From contig OZ076409.1 in the NCBI GenBank assembly GCA_964187785.1, positions 94,738,001 through 94,802,000 on the forward strand: a stretch of 64,000 nucleotides of DNA, in the 5' to 3' direction. Shown here piece after piece: positions 26,003 through 38,015 of this stretch (position 1 is the first letter of the stretch; each line of letters begins with the position of its first letter). The stretch is from Amphiscolops sp. MND2022. Its lineage: Eukaryota. The notes under the pieces were generated by a model. The model worked only from the letters and a program-made list of their open reading frames with translations, did not search any database and had not been told where the DNA came from. The translations under genes and the position numbers were made by a program.

Positions 26003-26112
26003 CTTCGAGAGTAAGAAGATGCTTGGCCACAGACTTCACCACAGTTGTTTCAACAAAAAACAGATGACATGGAACAATTCTTTGAAGTCGTGTCAAAAGA
26101 AAAGAACATAGA

Positions 26113-27687
26113 ATGGGAGAAGATCGGGTTTTTAGAAAAATGACCCGGATCTTCGCCTATTGCCTTCGGTTCCAATCGAAAATTAAAGGAAAAGTAGTCA
26201 TCACAGAAGAATTGCAGCAAGTGACCCTAATGCTACTGCGGAAAAGCCAGATGGAAAGCGTCGGTACTACTTACCAGGCATTGGCAGCAGGTAAACCCAT
26301 GGCAGCATCTGATCACTTGAACAAACTATCACCGTTTTTGGACAATCAGAGCCTAATGCGATTAAAAGGACGACTACGTCTTGCTGATGCGAGTTATGAA
26401 ATGAAACATCCAATTCTGCTATCTGCGAAGCATCCAATAGTGAGAAAATTGATTGAGGATGCTCACGAAAGTAACTATCATGAAGGAACAGAGTATGTTC
26501 GCAGTATTTTGCAGCAAAAGTACTGGATAATTGGACTCCGAAACGCGCTCAGAGATGTGAAGATGAAGTGTGTCAAGTGCAGAAAGCAACAAGTTGGAGG
26601 AGTTCAACCTTTCATGGCAGACCTACCGAAAGAAAGATTGGAAGAAAGAGTTTTCCCATTTGCCAACACTGGAGTAGATTACTTTGGACCATTCGAAGTG
26701 AGATTCATGAGGAAATCAATGAAACGCTGGTGTTGTCTATTCACATGTTTGACAACAAGAGCTGTGCATGTTGAAGTCGTGCCCAGCTTGGAAGCCGACG
26801 CTTGTCTTGCTGCTATAACGAGATTCATCGCACGAAGAGGGAAACCCAATATCATTCTAAGTGACAACGGAACAAATTTCGTGGGCGCAGCAAGAGAGAT
26901 GCGAGAATGGATAGAAGCTTGGAATCAATCAGATATTGAGCAGTCGTTGGCTCAAAAGCAAATAAAATGGAAGTTCAACCCTCCAGGAGCGCCGCATTTT
27001 GGAGGTGTTTGGGAGCGAATGGTTAGAAGCTGCAAGAAAGCTATGATGGCAATAGTGGGAAACAGAACACTGACAGATGATGTACTATCCACCACCATGT
27101 GTCTAGTTGAGCAGATATTGAATTCGAGACCTCTGACTAGTGTAAGCGACGATCCTGAAAATTTGGAAGCTTTAACTCCAAACCACTTCCTGCTAGGACG
27201 TGCGAGTCCAGCAACCCCATTTATTCCCGACGCTCAGCGATATACAGATCTGCGAAGAGTATTCAGAGTATCTCAGGCATATGCCGATATGATCTGGAGC
27301 AGATGGATAAAAGAATATTTACCACAATGGAATGAGAGATCTAAATGGAATAAAGAAGATGCACGACAACTGGGAGTCAATGATGTGGTTTGGATAGTGG
27401 ATGAAAACGTAAAGAGAGCTCACTACAAAATGGCTAGAGTGTTAGAAGTCTATCATGGAAGCGATGGGCGAGTGAGATCAGCGCTGGTGAAAACTGAAAA
27501 TGGAAAACTGAAACGACCAGTAGTGAAACTGGCACCCATGTTCTACGAAAGTACGAAAGTGTTTTTCAGGAGAAAAACAGGGCCGGCAATGTTGGCGCCA
27601 GTCACTTGCAAGATCAGAAACTCAAATTTGAACGTGACTGATGAAACTTATAACTCAAAACACTTAGAAAATTTATCAAGATTTTAG
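26113..27687 (+). pseudogene. BEL/Pao integrase region
   Basis: H-H-C-C zinc finger, TGVDYFGP, SDNGTNF, GGVWERMV. An 8-bp duplication (TACGAAAG x2, ~27544) lies near the end of the ORF, which runs into the LTR. Confidence 0.9.
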
Positions 27688-28481
27688 TTAGAAATTTACA
27701 AGTTTCACCAGAAATAAGGCATTGCAAAACGTGCCACCCCCCCTGTCCCGGCAAACCACTCATTCAATCACCTTGAAACTTGGCACACGTATAGTAGTGA
27801 TGCTACGCTATTTTTTCACTAGGAACAACCAACCCCGTATCTCCCCAGGGTTCTGAGCTGTTAACACCCAAAGTAACCTAGGACGGACCCCATGAATTAC
27901 CCAAATTTGATGTATTAATTATTATGTGATTTTCTCATATGACCTTGAAGGAAATGTAACTTTGTTGAAATTAATGATATTTACATTGTGTAAAGATACT
28001 TTCTAACCCACCTAACCAACATTCCAAAACCACCACATAGTTTGTTTACTTAGGCAATAACTTCATATTATGCTTTAAATGTCATTTATTTATACTTACA
28101 TATTTCGACTTATATTTACTGTAGAATTGTAAACTACATTTATACCAATATTAGATAGAGATTTTCTCCACTGAATAGCTATAGTCAAGTTGGGTCTCAG
28201 GACCGCGAGACTAATTAATCAACTTCTCAATCTTCACTACTTTTCGCTAGAGTCAGAGCGACTAAGTAGCTACTCTCATAGTACGGAGAGCCGGAGCGCG
28301 TGAAGATACTGTGAGGGAAGTGTGTGCAGGGTCACATCGGACCCACCAGTTAAAAGATACAGTCCTTTAAAACAAGAAAACCAGGAATTGTTTAGTAACG
28401 GTCCACAGTACTAAGCAACGGATCAGGGCGGTGTAAAGCTTGTCAAGCCTCAGCGCAGGATAAAGGCAAGCAGCCGTTACA
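27590..28481 (+). repeat. 3' LTR of BEL/Pao element
   Basis: Direct repeat of 20039-20929, preceded by purine-rich AGGAGAAAAACAGGGCCGGCAA. Confidence 0.95.
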
Positions 28482-28670
28482 GTTTTAATGATCGTTTTTA
28501 TTAAATATAGTTTTTTTAATGGTTTGTCATTTTTCAGATCAAGTTTTCTGGCCAGTTTTCAAGCTTCAGCTTGAATATAGGTTAAAATTAAATTAATTGA
28601 TTTTTATTACCTTTTCAACTCATTTTTGAAGTTTTTTTCTGTTTTGGTATAGGTAGTTAGATTTCTAGTA

Positions 28671-31345
28671 TTTTTAGTCGGTGAATTTTCCTTTTAACGA
28701 AAAAAGCCCGACTATTACTGTGTCAAGTTTTTTTTTGTCAGATAACAGAATGTATGCGTAGTGGACACTTTTTACAGACTACTAAACTACTGGACCTGCA
28801 AGCGGAAACGCATCTAAGTTAATGCAAAGGGTCCCCCTTTCATCTACTCCATTTTTAACGTCAGATACTAAACCGGACGAGACTATAGGGTCCCGTCTTT
28901 GATTTTTTTCGGCGCTGTGCGACTTTTTTATCAATTTTTGTGTCTCCCTTTCAAGTTTTTTTTGATATTTTGCAGCAAACTGAAGTTTCAAAAAGCCCAA
29001 AGGGTCTCCCCTTTTTAGTTTTTCGGCACTCTGAGACTGTTTCGTAATTCTCATTTTTTGTTCTTTTTTCAAGTTTTTAAAATGTCTTCAAAGACTCCCC
29101 CTTCAATTTTTTTGATATTTTGAAACAAACTGATTTTCAAAAAGCCCAAAGGGTCCCCCTTTTACATTTTCAATAACTTTACTTTTTTTAGCCTTAGATA
29201 TAGCGCCGACTTAAGATGTTCCCGTCTTGTTTAATTGTTATTTCTACGGCTTTATTGTTGACTGTGACAAATTTTTGTTGAGTTAAATTGAAAGTTGCTA
29301 AAACTCAAGACTCTTCTGGCAGAAAAATTAAATTAGAATGCCTGCTTCTCAAGATTCATTCAGTTTGTTAATTTTTTCTCCATTTTCAACACCAAACTTG
29401 GGTTGCATTCATGGTCTTGTCTTCCCTAGTGGAGATTGCTTGAACATTTTTACATGCTGCAAAGAAACATGCAGGCTATTTTTTAGTCAGCGCTTTTCTT
29501 AAGAAAAGAGTCGACTATAATCATGGCTTTTTGTCAGTGTTTTTTAAGACCACCTGAAGTGACCAACATAGTTCTACCAAAAGTTCTATAAAATTTTGAG
29601 AAGACGCCAAATTGTACCTGTTGGTCCAAGGAACTGAACCAAAAAAATTTCCCGCGTAAAATACAAAACCGGATGAGACCAAAGGGTCCCCCCTTTAGAT
29701 TTTTTTCGACACTGTGCGACTTTTCAAATTTTTTTGCACCAAAGGGTTCTCTTCAATTTTTTTGGAGTTTTGCTGTCTGTTATTGGTTGTTGAAAAATCC
29801 CAAAGGACCCTCCTTTTCAGTTTTTTTCGGCATTGTGAGACTTTTTTCAAAATTTTTCTTCATAAAAGGTTCCAAATTCACCAATACTTTGACATTTTGA
29901 AGTCCTTTTGCTATTTTTGAGCCTTAGATATGGCGCCGGCTTGTTTTACAAAACATGGAAAAGTCAGGGAATATGCATGAACCTCTTTTTAAAAACTTCT
30001 AAACAGCTTCTAAGAAAAAATTTCGTAGTACTGTCTTATTGTTTAAAAATAACGGCGATGTATTGGCAAAACTTCTGCCATTTTCTATACATTTGGTTTA
30101 CTTGAGTTCACATTTCACATTCAAATTTATCTTATGTCTTAGATTCCATACATTTTGCTTGTTTTAATCTTGACATTTCTATTTTCCGTTCATATTTCCT
30201 ATGGGAAAGGAAACTATTAAACTCAGCCGCGTTTTTTAAAAACAAAATTTGACATGTTCCAAATTTATATCCAAATTGAATGTGTCACCCATAGAATTCA
30301 ACTGACATAAATTTAGTTTGATGCAATATGTATTTGTAGAAGTTTTTTGAGTTTTTCTTTGACCTCAAAGACCCCAGATTGACCCAAAACTGACCCCAAA
30401 AATGGTGTTTTAACATTTTTTCTGCAATTTTTGTCAAATTTTTTATAGACTTAGTGGCTTAGAATTACAACTGGAACTGTTCAACAAGGAGTTCGTTGTC
30501 CAGGGGCTTTTCTGAAGAAATAAATGCAGTTTTTCACCAGAAAAACGCCTAAAATTGCCACCGAAAATGACAAAAATCCCAAAATTAGCATTTTTGTCAT
30601 TTTTGATGCAATTTGTGTAGAATTTCCGGGAGTTTTATTGGGTTAGAGGGTTCAAAACGACCAAAAACGAACAAACCAACTGTGCAATACGCTTTTTTTG
30701 AAAAGAAATATGCTGTGTTTTGCATCAAAAACGCTCCAGAGTGATTCCAATATGTCGAAAAGAAAATTTATCTTAGAAACAATATATTGTAGAAGAAAGT
30801 ATCGTCGAAAGAAACGACTGTAGCACTGGTTTTTAGTCGGCGCTTTTTGTAGAAAACGCAGACTACAGCAGTGACTTTTTTAGGACCAACGAACTGACAG
30901 ATTTTATAAGCTTTATAAGCTGACTTGCACTAACACTAAACTGTGCCACACGACTTCTACTGGTTCTTGGCACAGAGGTTAAATAGACTTTTTTTGAGGT
31001 CACCCAAGCAGAAGGACGTGGGTTCGAGTCCCGCCCTTAACCAAATTCTTTTTGTGCAGGCTATTTCGGCTTTGTGAGACATTTTTTCGCAATTTTTTTT
31101 ATGTCTCCAAAGGGTCCCCACCTTCAAATTGTTTCTATTTTGCAAAAAAATGGATGTTCAAAAACTCCCAAAGAGCCCCCTTTTACATTTTTTGGCACTA
31201 TGAGACTTATCGGAGACCAAAAAAATTCGATAAAACTTTTTTTCCGAATGCGGGTACTGTAGAAAAGAATACTTGACACTTTGAAGCCCTTTTGCTATTT
31301 TTGAGCCTTAGATATGGCGCCGACTTGGGCCGTTCCCGGCTTGTT
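28671..31345 (+). mobile_element. Cluster of three family A elements (~28671-29231, ~29479-29945, ~30830-31345)
   Basis: Each starts TTTTAGTC(G/A)G and ends ...AGCCTTAGATAT(A/G)GCGCCG...CTTGTT. Confidence 0.6.
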
Positions 31346-31751
31346 TAAAAATTGTTTAAGACCAACGAAGTGACAGATTTTACAAGCTTTATAAGATGTA
31401 ACGTATACCGGATATGGATATAACGTTCCTTGAAGAATTTTTCAAGTGTTACAAAAGGGTCTCCTTTTGGATTTATTTGGCGCAAACCCGAATTAACGCA
31501 AACCCGAATTAACGCAAACCCGAATGAACGCAATTGGATTTTGATAGGGCATTGGCTACTCTTGACCCTCAAAATTAGAACTTGCTGCCGTTGCTAGAAC
31601 AGTTTGGACGGGAAATATCCTGCTGGTCAGCGGGCGTCTGTTGTTGGAATTGTTTGGAATTTTTGGAATTGTGATAATTGTATCACCTATACAGTGTTTA
31701 TATTTAAATTTCTCAGCCTGCAGTTTGTCTTCCAAAATACAGAAGACTAAC

Positions 31752-32568
31752 CTTGCAATGTGGCACTGGAAGCCAATGTAGAGACCATCCCAAAGATCTC
31801 CACTCACAATCGTGTGTCTAAAGCTAGCACTTCTGACCTTGACCTCCAAGTAATTCCTGCCTTCCATATTTGGCATCTTGTTCAAAACTTTGGGCTTCTT
31901 CCCAACAAAGTCCACAATTATATCCCGGTTTGTCTTCCCCCGTAACGGAGAAAAATCCTCATCAGTTTCTATAATCTTCAAAACCAGGTTGTACTCCGAA
32001 AAACCGGCCCAGTTAAAATAAAACTCGGGCCAGTTTTCAGTGGCAAAAACATCATGGTTGATATATTTTCTGAGTCTCTTTTCGGCTTTTTCAAAATTCC
32101 ATTCGGTTTTAAAGACCTTCGGTGGAAGGTTAGGTGGGGGCTTCTTTATGAAATCTTTTCTCTCCAAAAGTAGTCCCAAGTCCACCGAATACCCAGGCAA
32201 GGGCGCCCAGGTGGAAACTCCTTCCTCGCATTGTTTATTGATAAGGTTGCACAAATCATTTGGGTCGTTTTTCAAGTTCATCTCTTTTAAATACTCATCG
32301 GAAGGGTGAGCTTCTACAAAATACCCGGCGAAGGGAATATACAATTTGGGTGCCACATCTTTGACGATGGAGGCCTTGTATTGTAGTAACTTTTTCCGCT
32401 CCGTTTTAATAAAATCAGTTTTCCACGAGTCTGTGTACCTGCCACCAAAAAAGGTCATCGGAAATCCGCTTGCGCCACCTGCGAAATCGCTCATCATTAT
32501 GTCGACATTTTTGGGCAGTTTCGCTCCGTTTGGACTCGTGCAGTCAACGGTGTTCAAAATCAAATGAC
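31752..32568 (-). CDS. CMAH: CMAH coding exon 6
   Basis: tttgcag acceptor, then GHLILNTVDCTSPNG...MMSDFAGGASGFPMTF...PFAGYFVEAHPSD...LWDGLYIGFQCHIA, then gttagt donor. 817 nt, hallmark CMAH motifs. Confidence 0.96.
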
Positions 32569-32884
32569 CTGCAAAATTTTGGTTTTCCTTTTCCCCTCAA
32601 AAATGGGAAAAAAATCAGGTTTTTCATTTATCTGTGGGTTTGTATTGTCATCGGAAACCATTTGAATAAAATTTTTGAAATAATGGCACGAAGATTTTGC
32701 TGCTAAAGGACAGGTTTTATACGAGATTTTAAAAATATCACTATATTGAAACTGTAGAATTTTTGGGAAAATTTCATTTCTGTACTTTGAACTATTAAGT
32801 AAGAGGACCATTTCCATGGAAACTGCATGCCTGTAAATGGATTGCCAATCCATTGTCTACATGCCGAGGAAATTTCCAATAGTT

Positions 32885-33110
32885 ATTATTTTCCGCCCAC
32901 ATATAATGGGGGAGGAAAATCATAATCTGTGTTGCGTTTTTTTCCAAATTCTGCCAAATCTCCTTTTTATTGCTTCATTTAGTAAATTCTAGTCACCATG
33001 GCGCAGTTGGTAGTGCGTCTGCCTGGCAGACACGAGGTCGTGGGTTCGAACCCGCGATGATGCGTTACATTTTTAGCGGAAAATATCCCGGTGCTTAGCG
33101 GGCGTCTTGC
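32885..33110 (+). mobile_element. Family B Helitron2-like element with tRNA-derived cassette
   Basis: 5' ATTTTCCGC, 3' GCGGAAAAT + CCCG..CGGG hairpin + CGTCTTG. A box TGGCGCAGTTGG and B box GGTTCGAACCC at 32992-33064. Confidence 0.65.
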
Positions 33111-33239
33111 TTTTCGTAGAGTGTCATTATTTGGATCCTCGTTACAGTGTCATGAATGGTCGAGTAGAAACAAATTGAGAAATTATTTCGCAAATGCTTA
33201 AGGAAAGTTTTTTTTGGGAAAAGGAAAAAGATGAGTGAC

Positions 33240-33482
33240 CTTTGTAGTCTATGAGAATACATGTGTCCATAGCCGGATGAATTCCGTCCATTAGAATCAT
33301 AAATCTCAAATCTTCAGTCAAATCGACCCATTTGTCAAACTTGCACAAATTTATGTTCAGCTTTCCGTCCATCCCGTGAAATTTTGCCCTCAAAAAGACG
33401 GGGGTCGAAAGGTCGCCCACATAAATGGGAATGTCGGTTCGTTTTTCACACAGAAGTTCCAACGTCTCGTAACTCAGATGGT
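33240..33482 (-). CDS. CMAH: CMAH coding exon 5
   Basis: ctttcag acceptor, then DHLSYETL...DIPIYVG...LRFMILMDGIHPAMDTCILIDYK, then gtcact donor. 243 nt. Confidence 0.93.
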
Positions 33483-34163
33483 CTGAAAGCAGACAATCGC
33501 CAACCAATCAATTGTTGTATTATGAAAAGAAAGAAGCTGTATCTTGATTTTCAGGGAGCGTAACACTTTCCTTCATCTCATTAAAAAATATATATTTTAT
33601 CAGGAGCCAAATACATTTGAATACAGTTATAATGATCACTTTTACCAAGCTAACATATCTCCCAAAAAGACCTCCCATAAGCACGCAGGCTTTCCAAGGG
33701 GAGACCTTTGAACTCGAAAAAAAAAATTAAAGTAATTTTGGTGAGGTGATGTAGAGATGATTTCTGCAACTATGATGATGATTCAAAACATTAAGTTCAC
33801 CGTTATCGAAAATATTCAAATCCGTAACTTTGTGTTGGAAATTTTCTAATTGCTCATCTTTTTTATCTCATTTACTTCATGATCGCTAAGAAAAACTCCC
33901 CATTTTCATTTATCAAACGAATGACGCGAAAATCCACTACATCTTCAAACAACCCATCCACGTGTTAGTTCAGTAAACAGAAGTGAATGCAAGATTCACT
34001 GGACACAGTTGGAACCGGGCCCGAGTTTCCAGGCCTGGGTCCGGCCTTGACCGGTCATTGGTTTTGAAACCTCTACTAAGTTTTGTGAAATGAATTTAAT
34101 TCGGACCCTATCGAATCACAGGCCCGGCCCGGTTCCAATTCTGTGCATGGATTTTGGACTTAC

Positions 34164-34268
34164 CCGAGTGCAAATGGCTGATGTATATGGCGTCGGCCTT
34201 TGCCAGTCGTTCCAGACAATCAGCTGGGGGTTCGTGCAGCAACCACCAGCCTCGGAGAAAGGCAGGAC
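34164..34268 (-). CDS. CMAH: CMAH coding exon 4
   Basis: ttttcag acceptor, then GPAFLRGWWLLHEPPADCLERLAKADAIYISHLHS, then gtaagt donor. 105 nt. The HxHxDH motif is completed by exon 5. Confidence 0.95.
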
Positions 34269-36222
34269 CTGAAAATAAAAAGTTGGAAGTTTCTAAAAAT
34301 CGTTTCATGACTGGAAGCACACAAATCGATCCGTTTGTGATCACATGAATTTTTGACTGCTCGTCCATCTATGAGCAATATTGTCGGCATTGACGTTTTT
34401 CAAAAACTCGGATGTAACTTGGTCAAATTGACGAGAGTTGAAGAAGTATCAAGATCAAATCTGCAATGATCCTCGAAATTTTCATTATTATTGGTCAAAA
34501 CTTCCTCAAAACTGGCACCCGTGCCGCAAAAGACTTTAAAAAATTCAAGCCCACCAATTATTTGCATATCAAAATCAGTGATGTGTCAATTTTGAAAGTT
34601 TTTAGACAATTTAGCTTTTGAGAGTCTGAGAAGCGTCACAAAAAATTCGCTCATGTGATTAAAAAAAACGCCCAGAAGCCGCTATAAAAGCCATGTTTTT
34701 ATTTCATAAAAGTGCCGACTTAAAAACGAGGCAAATTGTGAGATCACTGCATTTCGCGAACTCATTCAAATTATCATGCGAACTCATTCGAACTATCATT
34801 CCAAATTAGTTGTAAGTCTCAGCTCCAATAGTTCGATTTCCTTTTTTTTGTAAATAAGGTTTCACTTCTTAATCAATAATTATTCTTTACCGGTTGATGG
34901 AACTTAAATAGCTTTTATGACACCGAACAATGATAACTTATTGGGAGCTCACATGAGTTTTTGTTCAGCATCAAAGGCAGAGTCAAAATTGTGAAATCCG
35001 GAAATGATTTGACGATCAAATCAGGTGCTCCTAGCCTTCAATATCCTGCAAGTTGAACCAAGATCTCAACAATTCTATACTCTATTTTAATTTATACCAA
35101 GCATCTTTACACTACCGTTTTTCATGAGTGAGCATGTTTGTTTATTTCATTTTAAATTCGGAATTTAGTGTTGTCTTATTAGATTTAGCACGATCTTGAA
35201 TGAAACTTAGAAATCTTGCCAAGACTTCCAAAATCAAAATAATTGCTTCTCATATATTTCCATATTACAGGATCATGACACGATTTCCTATTTGAATTAA
35301 GGTTGTGGTAGGAGTTACTTTTGCGGCAAATGTTTAACATTCCTGTTGACAAACAATAAGATTAAAAGCAAAAGAAATCGAATGGTTGGAGCGTTAGATT
35401 CGGACTCCTATAGTTCGAATCCTAGTCACGTCAAAATCTTTCATATTTTGGAAATAATGTCTAAATATTCTCTGAATTCGTTAAAATAACCTTGAAAAAA
35501 GTCTTATTTATGCTCACGACTGTTACTTTTGTTGACAAATATTATTTGATCTTTTGTCAGTCGTTCCAATATTTATATAGCTTATTTTGATTCACTTGTG
35601 ACCGTATATAGCCAAAATAAAATTCAAAATATACTTCTTGTCTATTGGCCATCAAAAAACGAGCAATCCCCAGTCGGAAAGATTCCTATCATTTGCAAAA
35701 TTCTTACAAAAACTCTTTTAACAAAATGCATTATTTGACACTAACTCTTACAAGATTTGTGCAAAATCTGCGAATTTCAGCTAAAAATGGTACAAAAATG
35801 CATAAATTTTACAAAACTCTGACAAAATTTGCATTGTTCGACATGAAGCAATACTGAAAAAGTTGTTGCTAACCTATTAGACAGAAAAAATCACGCGAGC
35901 GATAAATGGTACCATTTCCATTCTCTCAACCTTAGCTTTTCGCAACAAAAGGATCCTATCACTCTCAAAAAAGTGATTTTTGACGTTATGCCAGTGAAAT
36001 AGTGTTTTCGGAACTTATTCCATCAAATATTTGTTTTTCTATGATAGCAGTTTCTCGCTCAAAGCTTTTCTCTGAAACGGCTGCGAAAGAAAAAATACGA
36101 TCAAGAAACCAACCAAATAAAATCATCAAAAACACCAAAAACCAAAAGCAAAACTTCTATAGTTCTTTCAATTCCTGCAAAATTCTCGAGGAGATGAAAG
36201 ATGGGTTTACTACACAACCAAC

Positions 36223-36420
36223 CTGTGAGCCAAGGATCGAAGAACACGGTGAAGTCTTTGAACTTGAGTTCCATGCAGGCATGGGTGATGTAAGTTATGG
36301 TCACTTCGCCAGGGGCTATGTCCAGTTTCGGGCGTGGCTCCCATTCCCACGGTTGAGGGGGTCTTTTCTCGTACACGAACAACTCCCCTGTATCCGTGTC
36401 TTCGTGTACCGCCAGTTGGT
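36223..36420 (-). CDS. CMAH: CMAH coding exon 3
   Basis: ctcgtag acceptor, then DQLAVHED...PPQPWEWEPR...GEVTITYITHACMELKF...FDPWLT, then gttggt donor. 198 nt. Confidence 0.95.
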
Positions 36421-36445
36421 CTACGAGAAAGAATCATTTGTAATT

Positions 36446-36927
36446 TTTAGTCGGCGCTTCATGAAGTGCAGAAACGCGACTATACTAGTAACTGTTTTAG
36501 TCGACGCATTTCAGTAGAAAATGTGCCCGACTCTTACAGTGGGTAGTTTTTTTAGACACGAAAGGTCCACTTTTTTGTTCAGTTCATTCGTTCAACAACT
36601 TGGGAGGTTCAAAACGCGGAGGTTCAAAACACTCGAAATCTCAGAACCTTGTGCAAAACAAAAAAAAGAAACAAACGGACGTCCTGGAAAACATAATAAG
36701 GGTCCAAAGTTAGACATTTCCAATTTTTTTCGGCACTAAGAGACATTTTTTCGAATTTTTTTTGTTACTGGAAAAATTTTAAATGTCTCCTAAGGGATCC
36801 CCTTTTCATACTTTGGAACAAACTGGAGTTTCTAAAAGCCCAAAAAGTCCACCTTTTTACAATTTTAAAAGCTTCGCGCTTTTTGAGTCTTAGATATAGC
36901 GCCGACTTTGGCCGTTCCGGGCTTGTT
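36446..36927 (+). mobile_element. Family A element beside the CMAH exon 3 acceptor
   Basis: TTTTAGTCGGCGC at ~36446 and 3' GCGCCGACTTTGGCCGTTCCGGGCTTGTT. Confidence 0.6.
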
Positions 36928-37867
36928 TCAATCTACAAGAACTGACCAAAATAGTTCTACAAAGTTCCACAAAATTTCCACAAAAAAAGGTGTATAGTTG
37001 ACCCAAGGAACTGAACTATAAAAGTTTCTTTTTTTTCAGCGTAACACAATACCGGGCGAGGCTAAAAAGTCCCCTTTCCTATTTTTCGCCATTGAGACTT
37101 TTTTGGAAAATTTTATGTCTCCCAAGGGTCCGCCCTACCATTTTTTGATATTTTGCAACAGAATGGATGTTGAACCAGAGCCGCATGTACGGTAAAGGAT
37201 TCGGATTAGGTCTTTTTCCTTCTGACTCGCTCGAATCAGTCATAAGATTTTGATGAAATTGCACATTTAAGCCCTTATATGGTGTAGAAAGACTCCATAA
37301 AAGTTCTTTCAAACCGTAAAGAGTATTTGAGAAAATCGAAAAAGTCCTTAATTGGCCGATTTTTGGTCATTTTTGGACTAATTTTGGTTTTGTTTCTCAG
37401 ATCCCAGTATTACAAATTTGATGCCATTGCACAAATAGGACTCTAATATGGTGTAGAATGACTGTAGAAATGTTCGTTAGAATCGTACGGACAGTTTTTG
37501 AGAAAATTGAAGAGTCCAAAAATGGCCGTTTTTTGTCATTTTTGGGCTAATTTTGGCGAATCCTCACGGGTTAGTGGAAAATCATTTTGGATGTCTATAG
37601 GAAAAATTGGAAAAATCTCAATCATAACATTTAATCTGACTTTCAATAACTAGTTCTTGTGCTGACCGAGGATTGTACATTTACAATTTTGTATTATTAT
37701 CGTATCTGGTTTTCGCAAACGTATCTCAAAACAGACATTTCCTCTAAAACGCCGCTTTTTCTGTCGCGCACGTAAGAAAGGGCAAATTTCTGACAATTAG
37801 AGATGATGATAGCAAATTAACAAAAGTTAGAATTTTGTGAATGCAATTGTGCAAAATGTACACTAAC

Positions 37868-37990
37868 CTTGTACGAAACTGTTTGGGGGGTTGGTATAGG
37901 TCATGGTAGACACATCCAACTTCCAACCGTGTTTGGAGCACTTGACAATGCACTGATCTGCACTCTCGATGTCTATGTTGAAGCGACCAC
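37868..37990 (-). CDS. CMAH: CMAH coding exon 2 (second Rieske motif CxxH)
   Basis: ttaacag acceptor, then GRFNIDIESADQCIVKCSKHGWKLDVSTMTYTNPPNSFVQ, then gttagt donor. Matches CMAH ...CTKHNWKLDVSTMKYINPP. 123 nt, phase 1-1. Not in the ORF track. Confidence 0.95.
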
Positions 37991-38015
37991 CTGTTAACAA
38001 ACCACAGCAATACTA

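Larger units (their letters stand above)
20039..28481 (+). mobile_element. Full-length, decayed BEL/Pao LTR retrotransposon in the last CMAH intron (antisense to the gene)
   Basis: Two ~891-bp TG...CA LTRs and a 5-bp TSD GTTTT (20034-38, 28482-86). PBS TGGTCCGCCGACCCGGA at 20932, PPT before 27590. Gag-PR-RT-RH-INT with BEL motifs. Confidence 0.97.

Noticed and set aside
31556..31751. C-terminal part of the 335-aa ORF as true CMAH sequence
   Set aside because: Homology stops at a good GT donor and resumes in frame at 19860, so this is intron read-through.
32992..33064. Functional tRNA gene
   Set aside because: Acceptor and anticodon stems do not pair canonically, copies differ in anticodon, and it is embedded in a repeat.
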